From contig CAYXPB010000001.1 of NCBI GenBank assembly GCA_964466645.1, positions 1 to 59,612 of the forward strand: DNA of 59,612 bases, written 5' to 3'. The translations under genes and the position numbers were made by a program. The notes below the pieces were generated by a model. The model made no database searches and had not been told where the DNA came from. It saw only the letters and a list, made by a program, of their open reading frames with translations. The DNA comes from an uncultured Acetivibrio sp. Its GTDB lineage: Bacteria; Bacillota; Clostridia; Acetivibrionales; Acetivibrionaceae. Below, piece by piece: positions 20,910 through 31,214 of this stretch; the stretch's first letter is position 1; every line of letters begins with the position of its first letter.

Positions 20910-22328
20910 TTAGAATTTATAGTAAAGAAACGGATTATATGACTGTCCAACAAGCAAAATAATCGCGCCTATAAATATTGCAATGTTAACGGTAGATTTA
21001 ATTAACTGATCAGCTGAATAAATCCCGATTTGTTTTTCACACAACGACTTTTTGAGTCGTTCAAAGCTTCTCTTTACAACCGGCGTACAGCCAACTAATG
21101 CCACTAAAATAAAGACAATATAGTTACTCAAACAAATAACTACCTCTGGACTTGACAAGGACGAAGCATTAATCCCAAACATTATTCCAACAAATCGAAA
21201 TGCTTGACCTAAATCAGCATGGTAAAAGAATGCCCAACCCACAAGAATTGTAACAGCAAAGTATAATCTCCACAGCACTTGAGGTATTATTTTTTCAAAT
21301 TTAAATAAGACAAACTTTTCTAAGATTAACAGCACAGAAAAATACATTCCCCATATAATAAAGTTCCAGCTAGCTCCATGCCAAAAACCTGTCAGAAACC
21401 ATACAACCAAAATATTTCTCATGTGATTCTTTCTGTTCCCTCCAAGCGGAATATATACATAATCCCTGAAAAACGATGTTAATGATATATGCCATCTGCG
21501 CCAGAATTCGGTAGCAGATTTAGCTATATACGGATAATCAAAGTTCTCTTTATAGCTAAAACCATACATTTTGCCTAAACCTATGGCCATGTCAGAATAG
21601 CCGGAAAAATCGAAATAAATTTGTATTGCAAATAGTAAAATCCCTAGCCAAGCTCCTAATACAGGAAGCCTTGAATAATCCGTATCCAGAAAAGCTTTAG
21701 CAAATTCGCCTGCCTGATTAGCAATTATAACCTTTTTTCCTAAACCGACAATAAACCGACTAACACCACTATTAAACGCATCCATCGTCAGCACTCTATT
21801 CTCAATATTCTGTTCCACATCTTTATACCGGACAATAGGTCCTGCAACAAGGTGATGAAATAAGGATACAAACAATAGAAACTTAAACGGAGATTTTTGT
21901 GCTGTCACCTCTCCTCTATATACATCCACTACATAGGAAATTGACTGGAATGTGTAAAAAGAAATTCCAATGGGCAAGCTAATGCTCATAATAGGGATAT
22001 CTGAGCCCAATAAATTATTCAAGTTTCCCACTATAAATCCAAAGTACTTAAAAAATCCAAGTATAAGTAGGTTGCCAGTAATAGATAACGCAACTATTCC
22101 CTTACTCTTCCAACTACCTCGGAACTTTTGAACTAGAAGTCCATTGGTATAATCAAATATTGCAGTAAAAATCAAAACCGTAATCCACACAGGCTCTCCC
22201 CAAGCATAAAATATCAGGGATGTAATAATAAGTACCCAATTTCTCCATGTATCATTTTTGATCGAATAATACAATATTAAATTTACAGGTAAAAAGGAAC
22301 ACAAAAACAAAAGACTTGAAAAGACCAT
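20910..22328 (-). CDS. MBOAT family O-acyltransferase (AlgI/DltB-like)
   Basis: LPIGISFYTFQ, YFDFSGYSDMAIG, EFWRRWHISL, YIPLGGNR, GFWHGA. Confidence 0.93.
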   Translation of the reverse strand: MVFSSLLFLCSFLPVNLILYYSIKNDTWRNWVLIITSLIFYAWGEPVWITVLIFTAIFDYTNGLLVQKFRGSWKSKGIVALSITGNLLILGFFKYFGFIVGNLNNLLGSDIPIMSISLPIGISFYTFQSISYVVDVYRGEVTAQKSPFKFLLFVSLFHHLVAGPIVRYKDVEQNIENRVLTMDAFNSGVSRFIVGLGKKVIIANQAGEFAKAFLDTDYSRLPVLGAWLGILLFAIQIYFDFSGYSDMAIGLGKMYGFSYKENFDYPYIAKSATEFWRRWHISLTSFFRDYVYIPLGGNRKNHMRNILVVWFLTGFWHGASWNFIIWGMYFSVLLILEKFVLFKFEKIIPQVLWRLYFAVTILVGWAFFYHADLGQAFRFVGIMFGINASSLSSPEVVICLSNYIVFILVALVGCTPVVKRSFERLKKSLCEKQIGIYSADQLIKSTVNIAIFIGAIILLVGQSYNPFLYYKF

Positions 22329-22708
22329 TTAGAATCCTCCAATTCGTGTTATATTGTGATGCATATTGTAGCGGTAACTGCAATCAACGTAGCAAACTCA
22401 AGATTTGCAGAAGAACTATTTCTTCTAATTGCACTAATCTTTTAGAAGAATAGTATATCAATGTTTTTAACAACATGTTTTGTAAAACTTTTTACACTAT
22501 ACACTTTACACCTAATTAAAAATTGTTTCAAGGTTTTGAGATTAATTAACTATTTTTATAAAACTTTTATAAATTTCTCATATGAACGTATTAAGAGAAT
22601 TCGGCTTCAGTTATCTTTAGTTGAATGTTGTTATAGGACAACCTGTTTTTCAGTAAATTAATGAAAATTGGACAAGCATAACTTCAGGGTGTGATTTTGA
22701 AATATAAA

Positions 22709-22942
22709 CTATCCAACGTTACCAATATCTTTTTCTATAGCACCAATCTTTCTTTCATGCTGTTTATAGCCATCAAACAAAGATTCTAACTTTTTGCCAT
22801 AACTGTTCTCCATCCCAAGAACATCTTTTTTCAAGTCCTTTACTTCACTTTCAAGATTGTCAAAACGCTTATTAGTCTCTTTACGGAACTCTGTAAACTC
22901 ACTATACATTCTTTCAAGCAGCTCAAACGTTTTATCCTCCAT
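22709..22942 (-). CDS. Small coiled-coil hypothetical protein
   Basis: RBS GGGAGGA; heptad-like RFDNLESEVKDLKKDV. Confidence 0.6.
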   Translation of the reverse strand: MEDKTFELLERMYSEFTEFRKETNKRFDNLESEVKDLKKDVLGMENSYGKKLESLFDGYKQHERKIGAIEKDIGNVG

Positions 22943-23092
22943 TGAAATCTTCCTCCCGTGTCTTATGCTAGATTATATAATATCATATAATCTACTCAAA
23001 TTGGAAGACATTTTTTTTAAAACATTGAATAGAATAGTTTTTGGTTTAACAAGCAAGACAGCATCAATAATATTTTCCATTTAATCCTCTCC

Positions 23093-23770
23093 TTATACCG
23101 ATACAAAGAAATAATTAACACAAGGATTACACCAGCACTTGGACACATTAAATTAGACAAGCTGCAGCCTAACCACCTTTTACAATTTTACAACAACCTG
23201 CAGGAAGATGGCATTCGGAAAGATGGCAAACCCGGAGGATTATCAGAAAAAACCATAAAGCAGCATCATGCAATTATTCACTGCGCGCTTGAACATGCAG
23301 TATTATGGCAGTTGCTTTTATCGAATCCAGCAGACCGGGTAAAACCGCCAAATGTACCTAAGAAAGAAGCCAAACTCAAGCTTGGAGATTCTTGGCAAGA
23401 TGAAAACTGGGTATTCACAAAATGGAATGGCAATTTAATTCATGTGGATACTGTAAGCAGCTGGTTCCCTGAGTTTATAAGAAAGTACAACCTGAGTATA
23501 AAAAATAATTCTGAAATACCTAATGATGAAAAAGAAAAATACCTCATTAGAGAAGTTGACTTCCACGCAATACGGCATACCGCAGCGACATTACTAATTA
23601 ACCAAGGGTTAAATGTAAAAGCTGTATCAACACGTTTGGGCCATTCAAACACCAGTACAACACTAAATATATATGCGCATTCCTTAAGGAGTGCTGATAA
23701 AAAAGCAGCCGATATGATGGAAGAAATATTTACTAAGAAGACTACTTTAACAGAAACTAAAAAAGCGTAA
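23093..23770 (+). pseudogene. Tyrosine integrase relic, 5'-truncated with an internal in-frame deletion
   Basis: Frame is open upstream of the ORF-track start: LYRYKEIINTRITPALGHIKLDKLQP...NPADRVKPP. It then jumps to LGDSWQDENWVFT...FHAIRHT...LGHSNTSTTLNIYAH. Box II is present; box I (catalytic Arg) and the start codon are missing. Confidence 0.85.
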
Positions 23771-23883
23771 CCTTTTGTATAATTTAATATGGTTAGTCCC
23801 CAAATAGTACCCATTTTGTTCTTACGTAAACCAAACCCAAGATATAACAAAACCCAGAACATTTACTATTCTAGGCTTTTAAG

Positions 23884-23960
23884 TGGTCTGCCTGAGACGA
23901 CTCGAACGTCCGGCCAACGGATTAGAAGTCCGTTGCTCTATCCAACTGAGCTACAGGCAG
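23884..23960 (-). tRNA. tRNA-Arg (anticodon TCT)
   Basis: CTGCCTG acceptor stem, ACGGA-CT-TCT-AA-TCCGT anticodon arm, GTTCGAGT T loop, encoded CCA; 77 nt. Confidence 0.95.
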
Positions 23961-23974
23961 ATATATAAAGTTTT

Positions 23975-24048
23975 TGGAGCGGGTGATGGGAATCGAACCC
24001 ACGCAATCAGCTTGGAAGGCTGATGTTCTACCATTGAACTACACCCGC
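23975..24048 (-). tRNA. tRNA-Gly (anticodon TCC)
   Basis: GCGGGTG acceptor stem, TCAGC-CT-TCC-AA-GCTGA anticodon arm, GTTCGATT T loop, CCA; 74 nt. Confidence 0.96.
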
Positions 24049-24090
24049 ATTTAGCTTGTTGAGTGCTTTAGCGCACTGCCGACTTTTTAT

Positions 24091-24119
24091 ATTATACAGA
24101 CAACCGTTTGATTTGTCAA
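24091..24119 (-). promoter_or_regulatory. Sigma-A promoter of the tRNA-Gly/Arg pair
   Basis: Exact TTGACA-N17-TATAAT on the minus strand, about 40 nt upstream of tRNA-Gly. Confidence 0.85.
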
Positions 24120-24171
24120 CACTATTTTAAAACATTTTTTTAAATCGCTCTATTTGGAGATCTGCAAATCT

Positions 24172-24774
24172 TTAGCAGACCTCCAATCTCTCTTTGAGCT
24201 CTGAAAGCATTAATTTGAGCGCCTTCCCTCTATGACTGATTTCGTGCTTTTTCGATGCCTCTAGCTGTGCAGCAGTTTTGTTGTATTCTGGCAGAAAGAA
24301 GAGCGGATCATACCCAAAGCCATTTGCTCCAACAGGCTCAAGTCCAATATACCCTTCAAAAGTCCCTCTTACAACAAAGTGTGTACCACCCGGTAGTATA
24401 ACGGCTATCGCACATACAAATCGTGCCTTTCGCTTTTCAAAGGGGACATCCCTCAACATTTCAAGCAATTTATTATTTCTATCCGCATCACTTGCACCTT
24501 CACCTGCAAACCTTGAAGAATAGATTCCTGGAGCACCGCTTAAAAATTCCACTTCCAAACCCGAATCATCAGCCATGACCAGTTCTCCAGTTTGCTTATG
24601 TACTTCCTTAGCTTTTATAAGAGCATTCTCTTCAAATGTACTTCCATATTCCTCTATATCTTCATTTACTCCGGCTTGCTCCATAGAAATAACTTCTAAA
24701 TCCATATCTTTTAAAATCTCAGCTATTTCTTTTAGTTTACCCTTGTTCTTTGTCGCTACAACAAATTTTCTCAT
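24172..24774 (-). CDS. rdgB: XTP/dITP diphosphatase (HAM1/RdgB)
   Basis: [36 protein letters not shown]; start trimmed to MRKFVVAT. Confidence 0.93.
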   Translation of the reverse strand: MRKFVVATKNKGKLKEIAEILKDMDLEVISMEQAGVNEDIEEYGSTFEENALIKAKEVHKQTGELVMADDSGLEVEFLSGAPGIYSSRFAGEGASDADRNNKLLEMLRDVPFEKRKARFVCAIAVILPGGTHFVVRGTFEGYIGLEPVGANGFGYDPLFFLPEYNKTAAQLEASKKHEISHRGKALKLMLSELKERLEVC

Positions 24775-25519
24775 CCTTTGTAACTCTCCCAATTTCATTT
24801 GACACCTGACCTAAAACTTCTTTTTGCATTTCGATCAAATCTTTTATTCCGCTCTGTGCTAAGTCAAGCAATTTATTTAACTGCTCTCTCCGAAAAGGTG
24901 ACTGTTCCCCTGTAGCCTGAACTTCGATAAATTCCCCGGATGAGGTCATAATAACATTCATATCTACAACAGCATTCGAATCCTCTGCATAACACAAATC
25001 CAGCATCTCTTCATCGCCTATTATCCCAACACTCACTGCTGCAACCATATCGGTTATAGGTATTTTTTCAAGTATTCCATCTTCAACAAGCTTCTTGCAG
25101 GCATCTACTAAAGCAACAAAGGCGCCAGTTATAGAAGCAGTCCTTGTGCCACCGTCTGCCTGTATAACATCACAATCGAGTGTAATAGACCTTTCGCCTA
25201 GCAAATTAAAATTCACTACAGACCTTAATGATCTTCCAATAAGTCTCTGTATTTCCTGGCTTCTTCCATTTAGCTTTAGCTTGTTTATATCTCTTTGGTT
25301 TCTAACTCCAGTAGCTCTTGGAAGCATTGAGTATTCTGCAGTAACCCATCCTTCGCCTGTATTCTTCTTAAAAGGCGGAACCTTTTCATCCACCGATGCA
25401 GTACAAATTACTTTTGTATCTCCCATCTCAATTAATACGGAACCTTCCGCGTGTTTTATATAATTTCTTGTAATCTTAACTTTCCTAAGGTTTGAATTCT
25501 CTCTTCCGTCAATTCTCAA
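24737..25519 (-). CDS. rph: Ribonuclease PH
   Basis: [46 protein letters not shown]. Confidence 0.96.
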   Translation of the reverse strand: MRIDGRENSNLRKVKITRNYIKHAEGSVLIEMGDTKVICTASVDEKVPPFKKNTGEGWVTAEYSMLPRATGVRNQRDINKLKLNGRSQEIQRLIGRSLRSVVNFNLLGERSITLDCDVIQADGGTRTASITGAFVALVDACKKLVEDGILEKIPITDMVAAVSVGIIGDEEMLDLCYAEDSNAVVDMNVIMTSSGEFIEVQATGEQSPFRREQLNKLLDLAQSGIKDLIEMQKEVLGQVSNEIGRVTKDEKICCSDKEQG

Positions 25520-25702
25520 TAAAGTCCCAACCTTTCTTTAATAATTTTCTTATAATTTAGCATATCCTATGTAATATACTATCTAAAACCCAAGACGATT
25601 TCAACCTGTTTATAGTATTCTTCTTAGAAAAGTTTTTGATTCCTTGGTAAATGCTTATTTTTGAAATGACGATGGACTAGCTATTTTTTTGGAATCACCT
25701 TG

Positions 25703-26857
25703 TTAATTTACTTTGTTTATCTTATCAGGCAATAATAAAGGCTTTGAAATATCAGTTCCCTCAGGAAGATCATCTTTTTTACCTTCTATGAGTATTCTGA
25801 TTTTTTCCACTCCATTTATTTGTTTCATTGTATGTAAAATTTGCTTCATAAGGCCTTCTTCCCTTGAATTCCCGCCATAATTCTTAATTTCTTTGCTAAA
25901 ATCCAAAGTCAAAACTTTGTCAGTAATGCTTGAGTCCAGCAATTCAACATTTTCCGGCACTTGAGTATATAAATTTGAGTCTTTATGTTCTTTTGAAAGA
26001 AATCTAACAATTTGCATCGGTAGCATTTCTTTTGTAACACCTATATATTCCATTGAAACAGGTAATAAATAATCGTGCTTATCCTCTAAATATTTAAACA
26101 GATATACATCAAGTTTCATAGTTTTACTATCAGTATTTAATTTATCTGAATTTATAAGTATATTGTCTCTTCTCAGAATCCCTGAAATATCACCCGAATA
26201 CTTTGACTCTTCTTTAACATATCCGTTTATTAGAATTCTAACACCGCTTATTGTCTCAAATTCGGTTAACGAATAAACAATGCCGACAAAGATATTGTTT
26301 TCATTCTGCTCGGTGCTATAATCTAAAAGTTTACTATTAAAGTCTATTACTGCTATGCTGTCTACTACATTTATACCTAAAATTTCTGTCCCTTCCGGAA
26401 GAACTGGCTTTAAACCTAATGGCTTCAATGCCTCTCTATTAACTTCATTGTCGATCATTGATTTTATCGCAGCCTTTGCTACACCCTCTTCTTTTTCAAT
26501 ACTTCTTGTAACGGGTATCAAAACATTTTCTGTATCCTTATAATAAGCTGTTATAGTTAAAATCTCATTTACTGTTTTATCTGAACTGCTATTAACCCTT
26601 TGAGCGTTGACTTGCTCCTTAGATTTATCCTCTTCACTTGCTTTGCTAACAACAGGATTTTTTATATCGTCTTTTTGTGTATCAGCACTATTTCCTGAAC
26701 CCTCCACCGTCTTACCGACTTCTGTTAATTCTTGTTCTTTCAATGTTTCGATATTTTCAATACGCGTTTGTACATTGTCAATTTCACTTAATGGGTTTTG
26801 ACACCCTGATATAAGTACTACTCCTGTTATTAATAGAAAGCATAAAAAATTCTTCAT
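25703..26857 (-). CDS. GerMN-domain lipoprotein (GerM-like)
   Basis: Lipobox LISGC; two GerMN repeats (LPEGTEILG...AVIDF...SLTEF...VRILING; VPENVELL...LTLDFS...IRILIEG); upstream of rph. Confidence 0.85.
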   Translation of the reverse strand: MKNFLCFLLITGVVLISGCQNPLSEIDNVQTRIENIETLKEQELTEVGKTVEGSGNSADTQKDDIKNPVVSKASEEDKSKEQVNAQRVNSSSDKTVNEILTITAYYKDTENVLIPVTRSIEKEEGVAKAAIKSMIDNEVNREALKPLGLKPVLPEGTEILGINVVDSIAVIDFNSKLLDYSTEQNENNIFVGIVYSLTEFETISGVRILINGYVKEESKYSGDISGILRRDNILINSDKLNTDSKTMKLDVYLFKYLEDKHDYLLPVSMEYIGVTKEMLPMQIVRFLSKEHKDSNLYTQVPENVELLDSSITDKVLTLDFSKEIKNYGGNSREEGLMKQILHTMKQINGVEKIRILIEGKKDDLPEGTDISKPLLLPDKINKVN

Positions 26858-26969
26858 ATATACTACTCCTTACTGTAAAATTTTGTTCTTACTGTAAGTA
26901 TAGACCTATATGAAGAATTTTATAATTTCCCAAGCAAATTTTTCTAGCACACTTTCTTACTTAGACCGA

Positions 26970-27959
26970 TTATCTGTCATTATAGCCATCAGGATGTTTA
27001 CTGTGCCATTCCCATGCTGTGGCTACTATTGTTTCCAAATCATTCATTTTGGGCTGCCAATTAAGCTCTCTTTTTATTTTTTCAGACGATGCAACCAAAG
27101 TTGCCGGATCACCGGGGCGTCTTGGAGCATCGACAGCAGTAATATTCTTTCCTGTAACTTTTCTTACTACATCAACCACTTCTTTGACCGAAAAACCTTT
27201 ACCATTTCCTAAATTATATATGTTGCTGTCTTCTCCCTTTCTAAGTTTCTGCAAAGCGAGATAATGTGCCTGTGCTAAATCGGATACATGTATATAATCC
27301 CTTACACATGTACCGTCAGGAGTGTTATAATCATTTCCAAATAACTTGATTGAATCCCTTTTTCCCATTGCGGCTTGGATTATTAGTGGAATGAGATGGG
27401 ACTCAGGACTGTGATCCTCTCCTATTTTACCGCTTGTATGCGCTCCACAGGCATTAAAATAACGTAGTATAACATGCTTTATGCCATATGCTCCATCTGA
27501 CCATTTTAAAGCCTTTTCAACCGAAAGCTTTGTCTCTCCATAGGGGTTTGTTGGTAAAGTCCTGTCAGTTTCAATTATGGGTATATTTTCAGGTTCACCG
27601 TATGTCGCAGCAGTAGAAGAAAAAACAACTTTATTTACTTTAGCTTCCTTCATTGCAGTCAGCAAATTCAAAGTAACCGCAACATTATTGTTATAATATT
27701 TCAATGGGTCTAAAACGCTTTCGCCAACTTCAATATAAGCAGCAAAATGGATAACAGCTTCTATATCATTTTGCAAAAATACATTTTGTATAAATTCCTT
27801 ATCTCTCAAATCCCCGACTATTAGTTTTCCACCAAGGACAGCAGCTTTGTGGCCCTTCTCAAGATTGTCTACAACAATAACTTCTTCATTTTTTTCAAGG
27901 AGTTCTGCTACAGTATGACTTCCGATATAACCTGCTCCACCGGTTACGAGTACAGCCAT
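26970..27959 (-). CDS. galE: UDP-glucose 4-epimerase
   Basis: TGGAGYIGSH, HFAA, FSSTAATYG, PYGETK, LRYFN, DGTCVRDYIHV. Confidence 0.96.
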   Translation of the reverse strand: MAVLVTGGAGYIGSHTVAELLEKNEEVIVVDNLEKGHKAAVLGGKLIVGDLRDKEFIQNVFLQNDIEAVIHFAAYIEVGESVLDPLKYYNNNVAVTLNLLTAMKEAKVNKVVFSSTAATYGEPENIPIIETDRTLPTNPYGETKLSVEKALKWSDGAYGIKHVILRYFNACGAHTSGKIGEDHSPESHLIPLIIQAAMGKRDSIKLFGNDYNTPDGTCVRDYIHVSDLAQAHYLALQKLRKGEDSNIYNLGNGKGFSVKEVVDVVRKVTGKNITAVDAPRRPGDPATLVASSEKIKRELNWQPKMNDLETIVATAWEWHSKHPDGYNDR

Positions 27960-28153
27960 TTTAACACAACCTTTCATAATCTATTGTATTTTTGTTACTT
28001 TACAAAATTAATTCCATTATTTGATTTTAGGTTTCAAACAACAATATAATAACACATTTAACTTACTTATACCAGTATTTGCTTCCAAACATAATATCAC
28101 GCTATATCTACTATTTAGAAAACCTTAAAACAATTTTAATATAGGCCAATATA

Positions 28154-28188
28154 AAAGAGTGGCCTCGCTTGACGCTGACCACTCTTTT
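28154..28188 (-). terminator. Rho-independent terminator after the amidase
   Basis: AAAAGAGTGG...CCACTCTTTT inverted repeat just past the stop codon. Confidence 0.7.
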
Positions 28189-28202
28189 GACAAACTGCCT
28201 TA

Positions 28203-31200
28203 TTATACTTCTCCAAGAGCCTTAATTATTGAATCACAAAGTGCTTGTGCTGCCTTTTGCCTGAACTCTTCCGACTTAAGATTTGCAAGATCTCCACTAT
28301 TTGTCATAAAAGCAATCTCTGCTAATATTGCAGGCATTTTTGTGGCTTTTAACACAACCAGTTTAGGTCTTTCAACAATTCCCCGGTCTTGTGTGCCAAG
28401 TGCATTTACAAGGTCTTCCTGTGCAATCTGTGCAAACCTCTTGCCGTTAAAACCCGAGCTGCTTGTTACTTGAGGATAATACAAGATCTCAGTACCTTTG
28501 TATTTTGCATAATAAGCATTGTTATGAATACTTACGAATAATGTTGCTTTCATATCGTTTGCAATATATGCTCTTTCATAAAGACCTACAAAAATATCCT
28601 CTTCTCTTGTCATATAGGTTTTTATATTCTTGCTCTTAAGTAGAGCATTTAACCTTTTGGCGATATCAAGGTTCAAATCTTTCTCATAAACTCCACCGTG
28701 GGTTGCCCCAGGGTCACTGCCTCCATGACCTGGATCTATAACTATAAGTTGCTCCTTCGGTAAAACCTCTTTGAAAAGGGTTATTGTTGTATCATTTTCC
28801 GATTCTCTTGTAATAATTTCGTAATTAAACTGTTCCTTTGTTGAGAAAGTCAAAATTGTCTGATTATTTTCAGCGTCATTTGTTATTATAACATCATTAA
28901 CTTTGCTATCATTTATATTCATTGTGCCAAATCCCAAATCAGCTAGTTCACTTGGAAATGTTACAGTATATTTTCGTCCTTCTAGATCATACTCACCCTT
29001 ATAGAATTGTATTAAATCCTCTCCACCCTCTGTAAGTTTTGCTCCTTTTAAAGTAAAGTATACTCTGTCTCCGCTGTTACTGTATTCAATATTTTTATAG
29101 GAAGCTTTTCTCATAACAAGTACTATATTATCATCAGACTTTACCGACTCAAATTCGGGTTGTTCGATTGTATCAATAACAATTCTTGCTGTAGTTTCTT
29201 CAAACTGTGCAGATCTTATGGAACTGATATTGCTGCTACTTACATTAATTTTTTGTTCCTTACCCGCCTCGAAATTCGGTATATCAACAATAACTCTGTC
29301 CGGTCCGGTAAGTTTCCACAAGTTATAGTCCATAGCATCCTTTGCTAAAATTGTTATCCTATCAACACCATCAATGAAACTATGGTTGATTTTTATAGAT
29401 TCTTTACTCTCATTATTATCAACTTCATCATCTTCAGTATTTGTTGGTGTCACTGTTGCATCTACTGTCGGTTTTGGTGTCACTATCATCGTAGCAGTTG
29501 CACTTACCGTTGGCTTTAGCGTTACAACCACTGTGGGTACCACCGTCGCTGTTGGTTTTGCAGTCGCAATCACTGTTTGAGTCGGGGTGGGGGTTGGTTT
29601 TGGCGTAGAAGTGATTATAGGTGTCGATTTTGCTGGTGATTCTTTGCTGTCAACAGGTTGGTCATCAACTTGGGTAACATCCTCATCAACACTCGGAACT
29701 ACATTTATTACAAGAGCTTGTTCTTCTTCTGCCACAACATATTGGCATTGTCCTTTTAACTGGATAATAACTCTTGATGATGAATTATTCACTCCAGCAT
29801 ACCTTATATTTTCTATATGATTGCTTTTAACATTTATACTTTGTTCCGCAGCCGCTGCAGAGGCATTAGGGAAATCAACAACAATCCTATTTTGATCTAA
29901 TTGTTTTATAATATTGTATCCGGAGTAATCTTTCAAAAACATTGCAACTGTTTCCTGGGCTTCCTGAGCTTTATAACTTACACTTAGATTATCTTTTCCC
30001 ATAGCAGAGTCCCTATCGGCATCACTTCTCGATGCATCAAAACTAATCAATTCGATATTTTTTGCAATATACGCCACAAGAGTACCATCACTCTCAACCA
30101 ACTTATATTCAAGGTCTCTATTTGTATCTATAACCATTCTAGAACCACTTGTATCCTTTGCCGCATATCTGACCGACTTAATCATCGCACTGTCTATATT
30201 TAATGTCTTCTGCTCATTTAGGCAAATTGCTTTAGGAATGTCAATTACTATTCTATTCGGCTCGGGAAGTTCAAATGCTTCATAGCCTTCATAGTCCTTT
30301 ACTCCAATTACTATTGCCTCATAGACCGAATTGTCAATGTGTTTAACACTCAAATTGTTATCCACCGGTCTGATAATTCCATCTATAGGCTTCTGTACTT
30401 TATTCATACCCGAACTTATCGAAGGTCCTTTCTTCTGTAAGTTTAACAATAGTTGATTTGTTGTTTCAGTCACCCGATATTGAGGCTGACCCTCCAAATC
30501 CAAAACCACTCGAACTATATCATCTTCAAATTGACTACATCTAACAGATTTCAGGATTTCTTCGTTTACAGGAATACTTTGTTTATCGCTTATCAGCTTA
30601 GTATTTGAAAAATCAACTACTATCCTGTCCGGTGAAGGCAATCTCATAATTCTGTAATCTTGGAATCTATCTAGATCTATAGCAACTCTCTGATCACTAT
30701 TCCCCTTTATGTATTTTATGTCATTCAGGCTTGCAAATTGTGAATCCATTTTGTTGCTAATGGTAATTTCGCCCTTATCCGCATGCCAACCCACTTCCAT
30801 TTTTAACTGCTCCCCTACAAAACGTAAAGGTACCATTGTACGATCATTAATTATCTTTGCAGGCACTTCCATTTTAACCTTGTTGCCGTTTATAATCGCA
30901 TTATCATCATTTATTTTAAGCTCAACTTGATTGCCAATATATGAAACGGAGACTTTTTTGTTTTTTGCATCCCAAGAAACTTCAGCTCCTAGTTTTTCAA
31001 ATATTGCTCTAACAGGAACCAGTGAACGATCATTGATAATTATAGGGGGAATATCAGAAGTGACAAGCTCATTATTCACATATAGCTTGTATATATTCCC
31101 TGTATACTTTTTAGTCACACCATCATATGTAAGTGTTATACCCTGTGCATATGTTGTAACACAAGTCAGGGTAAAGGTAATTAACATTAAATAGATGCAG

Positions 31201-31214
31201 AACAATCTTTTCAT
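28203..31214 (-). CDS. N-acetylmuramoyl-L-alanine amidase (copper-amine-oxidase-N, multiple AMIN domains, Pro/Thr linker, Amidase_3)
   Basis: Signal peptide; DRSLVPVRAIFEKLGAEVSWD; repeated PDRIVVD; IVIDPGHGGSDPGA...EK...FVSIHNNA...EIAF. Start ATG 31214 after GAGGTG. Confidence 0.92.
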   Translation of the reverse strand: MKRLFCIYLMLITFTLTCVTTYAQGITLTYDGVTKKYTGNIYKLYVNNELVTSDIPPIIINDRSLVPVRAIFEKLGAEVSWDAKNKKVSVSYIGNQVELKINDDNAIINGNKVKMEVPAKIINDRTMVPLRFVGEQLKMEVGWHADKGEITISNKMDSQFASLNDIKYIKGNSDQRVAIDLDRFQDYRIMRLPSPDRIVVDFSNTKLISDKQSIPVNEEILKSVRCSQFEDDIVRVVLDLEGQPQYRVTETTNQLLLNLQKKGPSISSGMNKVQKPIDGIIRPVDNNLSVKHIDNSVYEAIVIGVKDYEGYEAFELPEPNRIVIDIPKAICLNEQKTLNIDSAMIKSVRYAAKDTSGSRMVIDTNRDLEYKLVESDGTLVAYIAKNIELISFDASRSDADRDSAMGKDNLSVSYKAQEAQETVAMFLKDYSGYNIIKQLDQNRIVVDFPNASAAAAEQSINVKSNHIENIRYAGVNNSSSRVIIQLKGQCQYVVAEEEQALVINVVPSVDEDVTQVDDQPVDSKESPAKSTPIITSTPKPTPTPTQTVIATAKPTATVVPTVVVTLKPTVSATATMIVTPKPTVDATVTPTNTEDDEVDNNESKESIKINHSFIDGVDRITILAKDAMDYNLWKLTGPDRVIVDIPNFEAGKEQKINVSSSNISSIRSAQFEETTARIVIDTIEQPEFESVKSDDNIVLVMRKASYKNIEYSNSGDRVYFTLKGAKLTEGGEDLIQFYKGEYDLEGRKYTVTFPSELADLGFGTMNINDSKVNDVIITNDAENNQTILTFSTKEQFNYEIITRESENDTTITLFKEVLPKEQLIVIDPGHGGSDPGATHGGVYEKDLNLDIAKRLNALLKSKNIKTYMTREEDIFVGLYERAYIANDMKATLFVSIHNNAYYAKYKGTEILYYPQVTSSSGFNGKRFAQIAQEDLVNALGTQDRGIVERPKLVVLKATKMPAILAEIAFMTNSGDLANLKSEEFRQKAAQALCDSIIKALGEV

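Noticed and set aside
22340-22460. Riboswitch upstream of the MBOAT-DHHW operon
   Set aside because: One AT-rich inverted repeat is present, but no recognisable c-di-GMP, T-box or other aptamer consensus.
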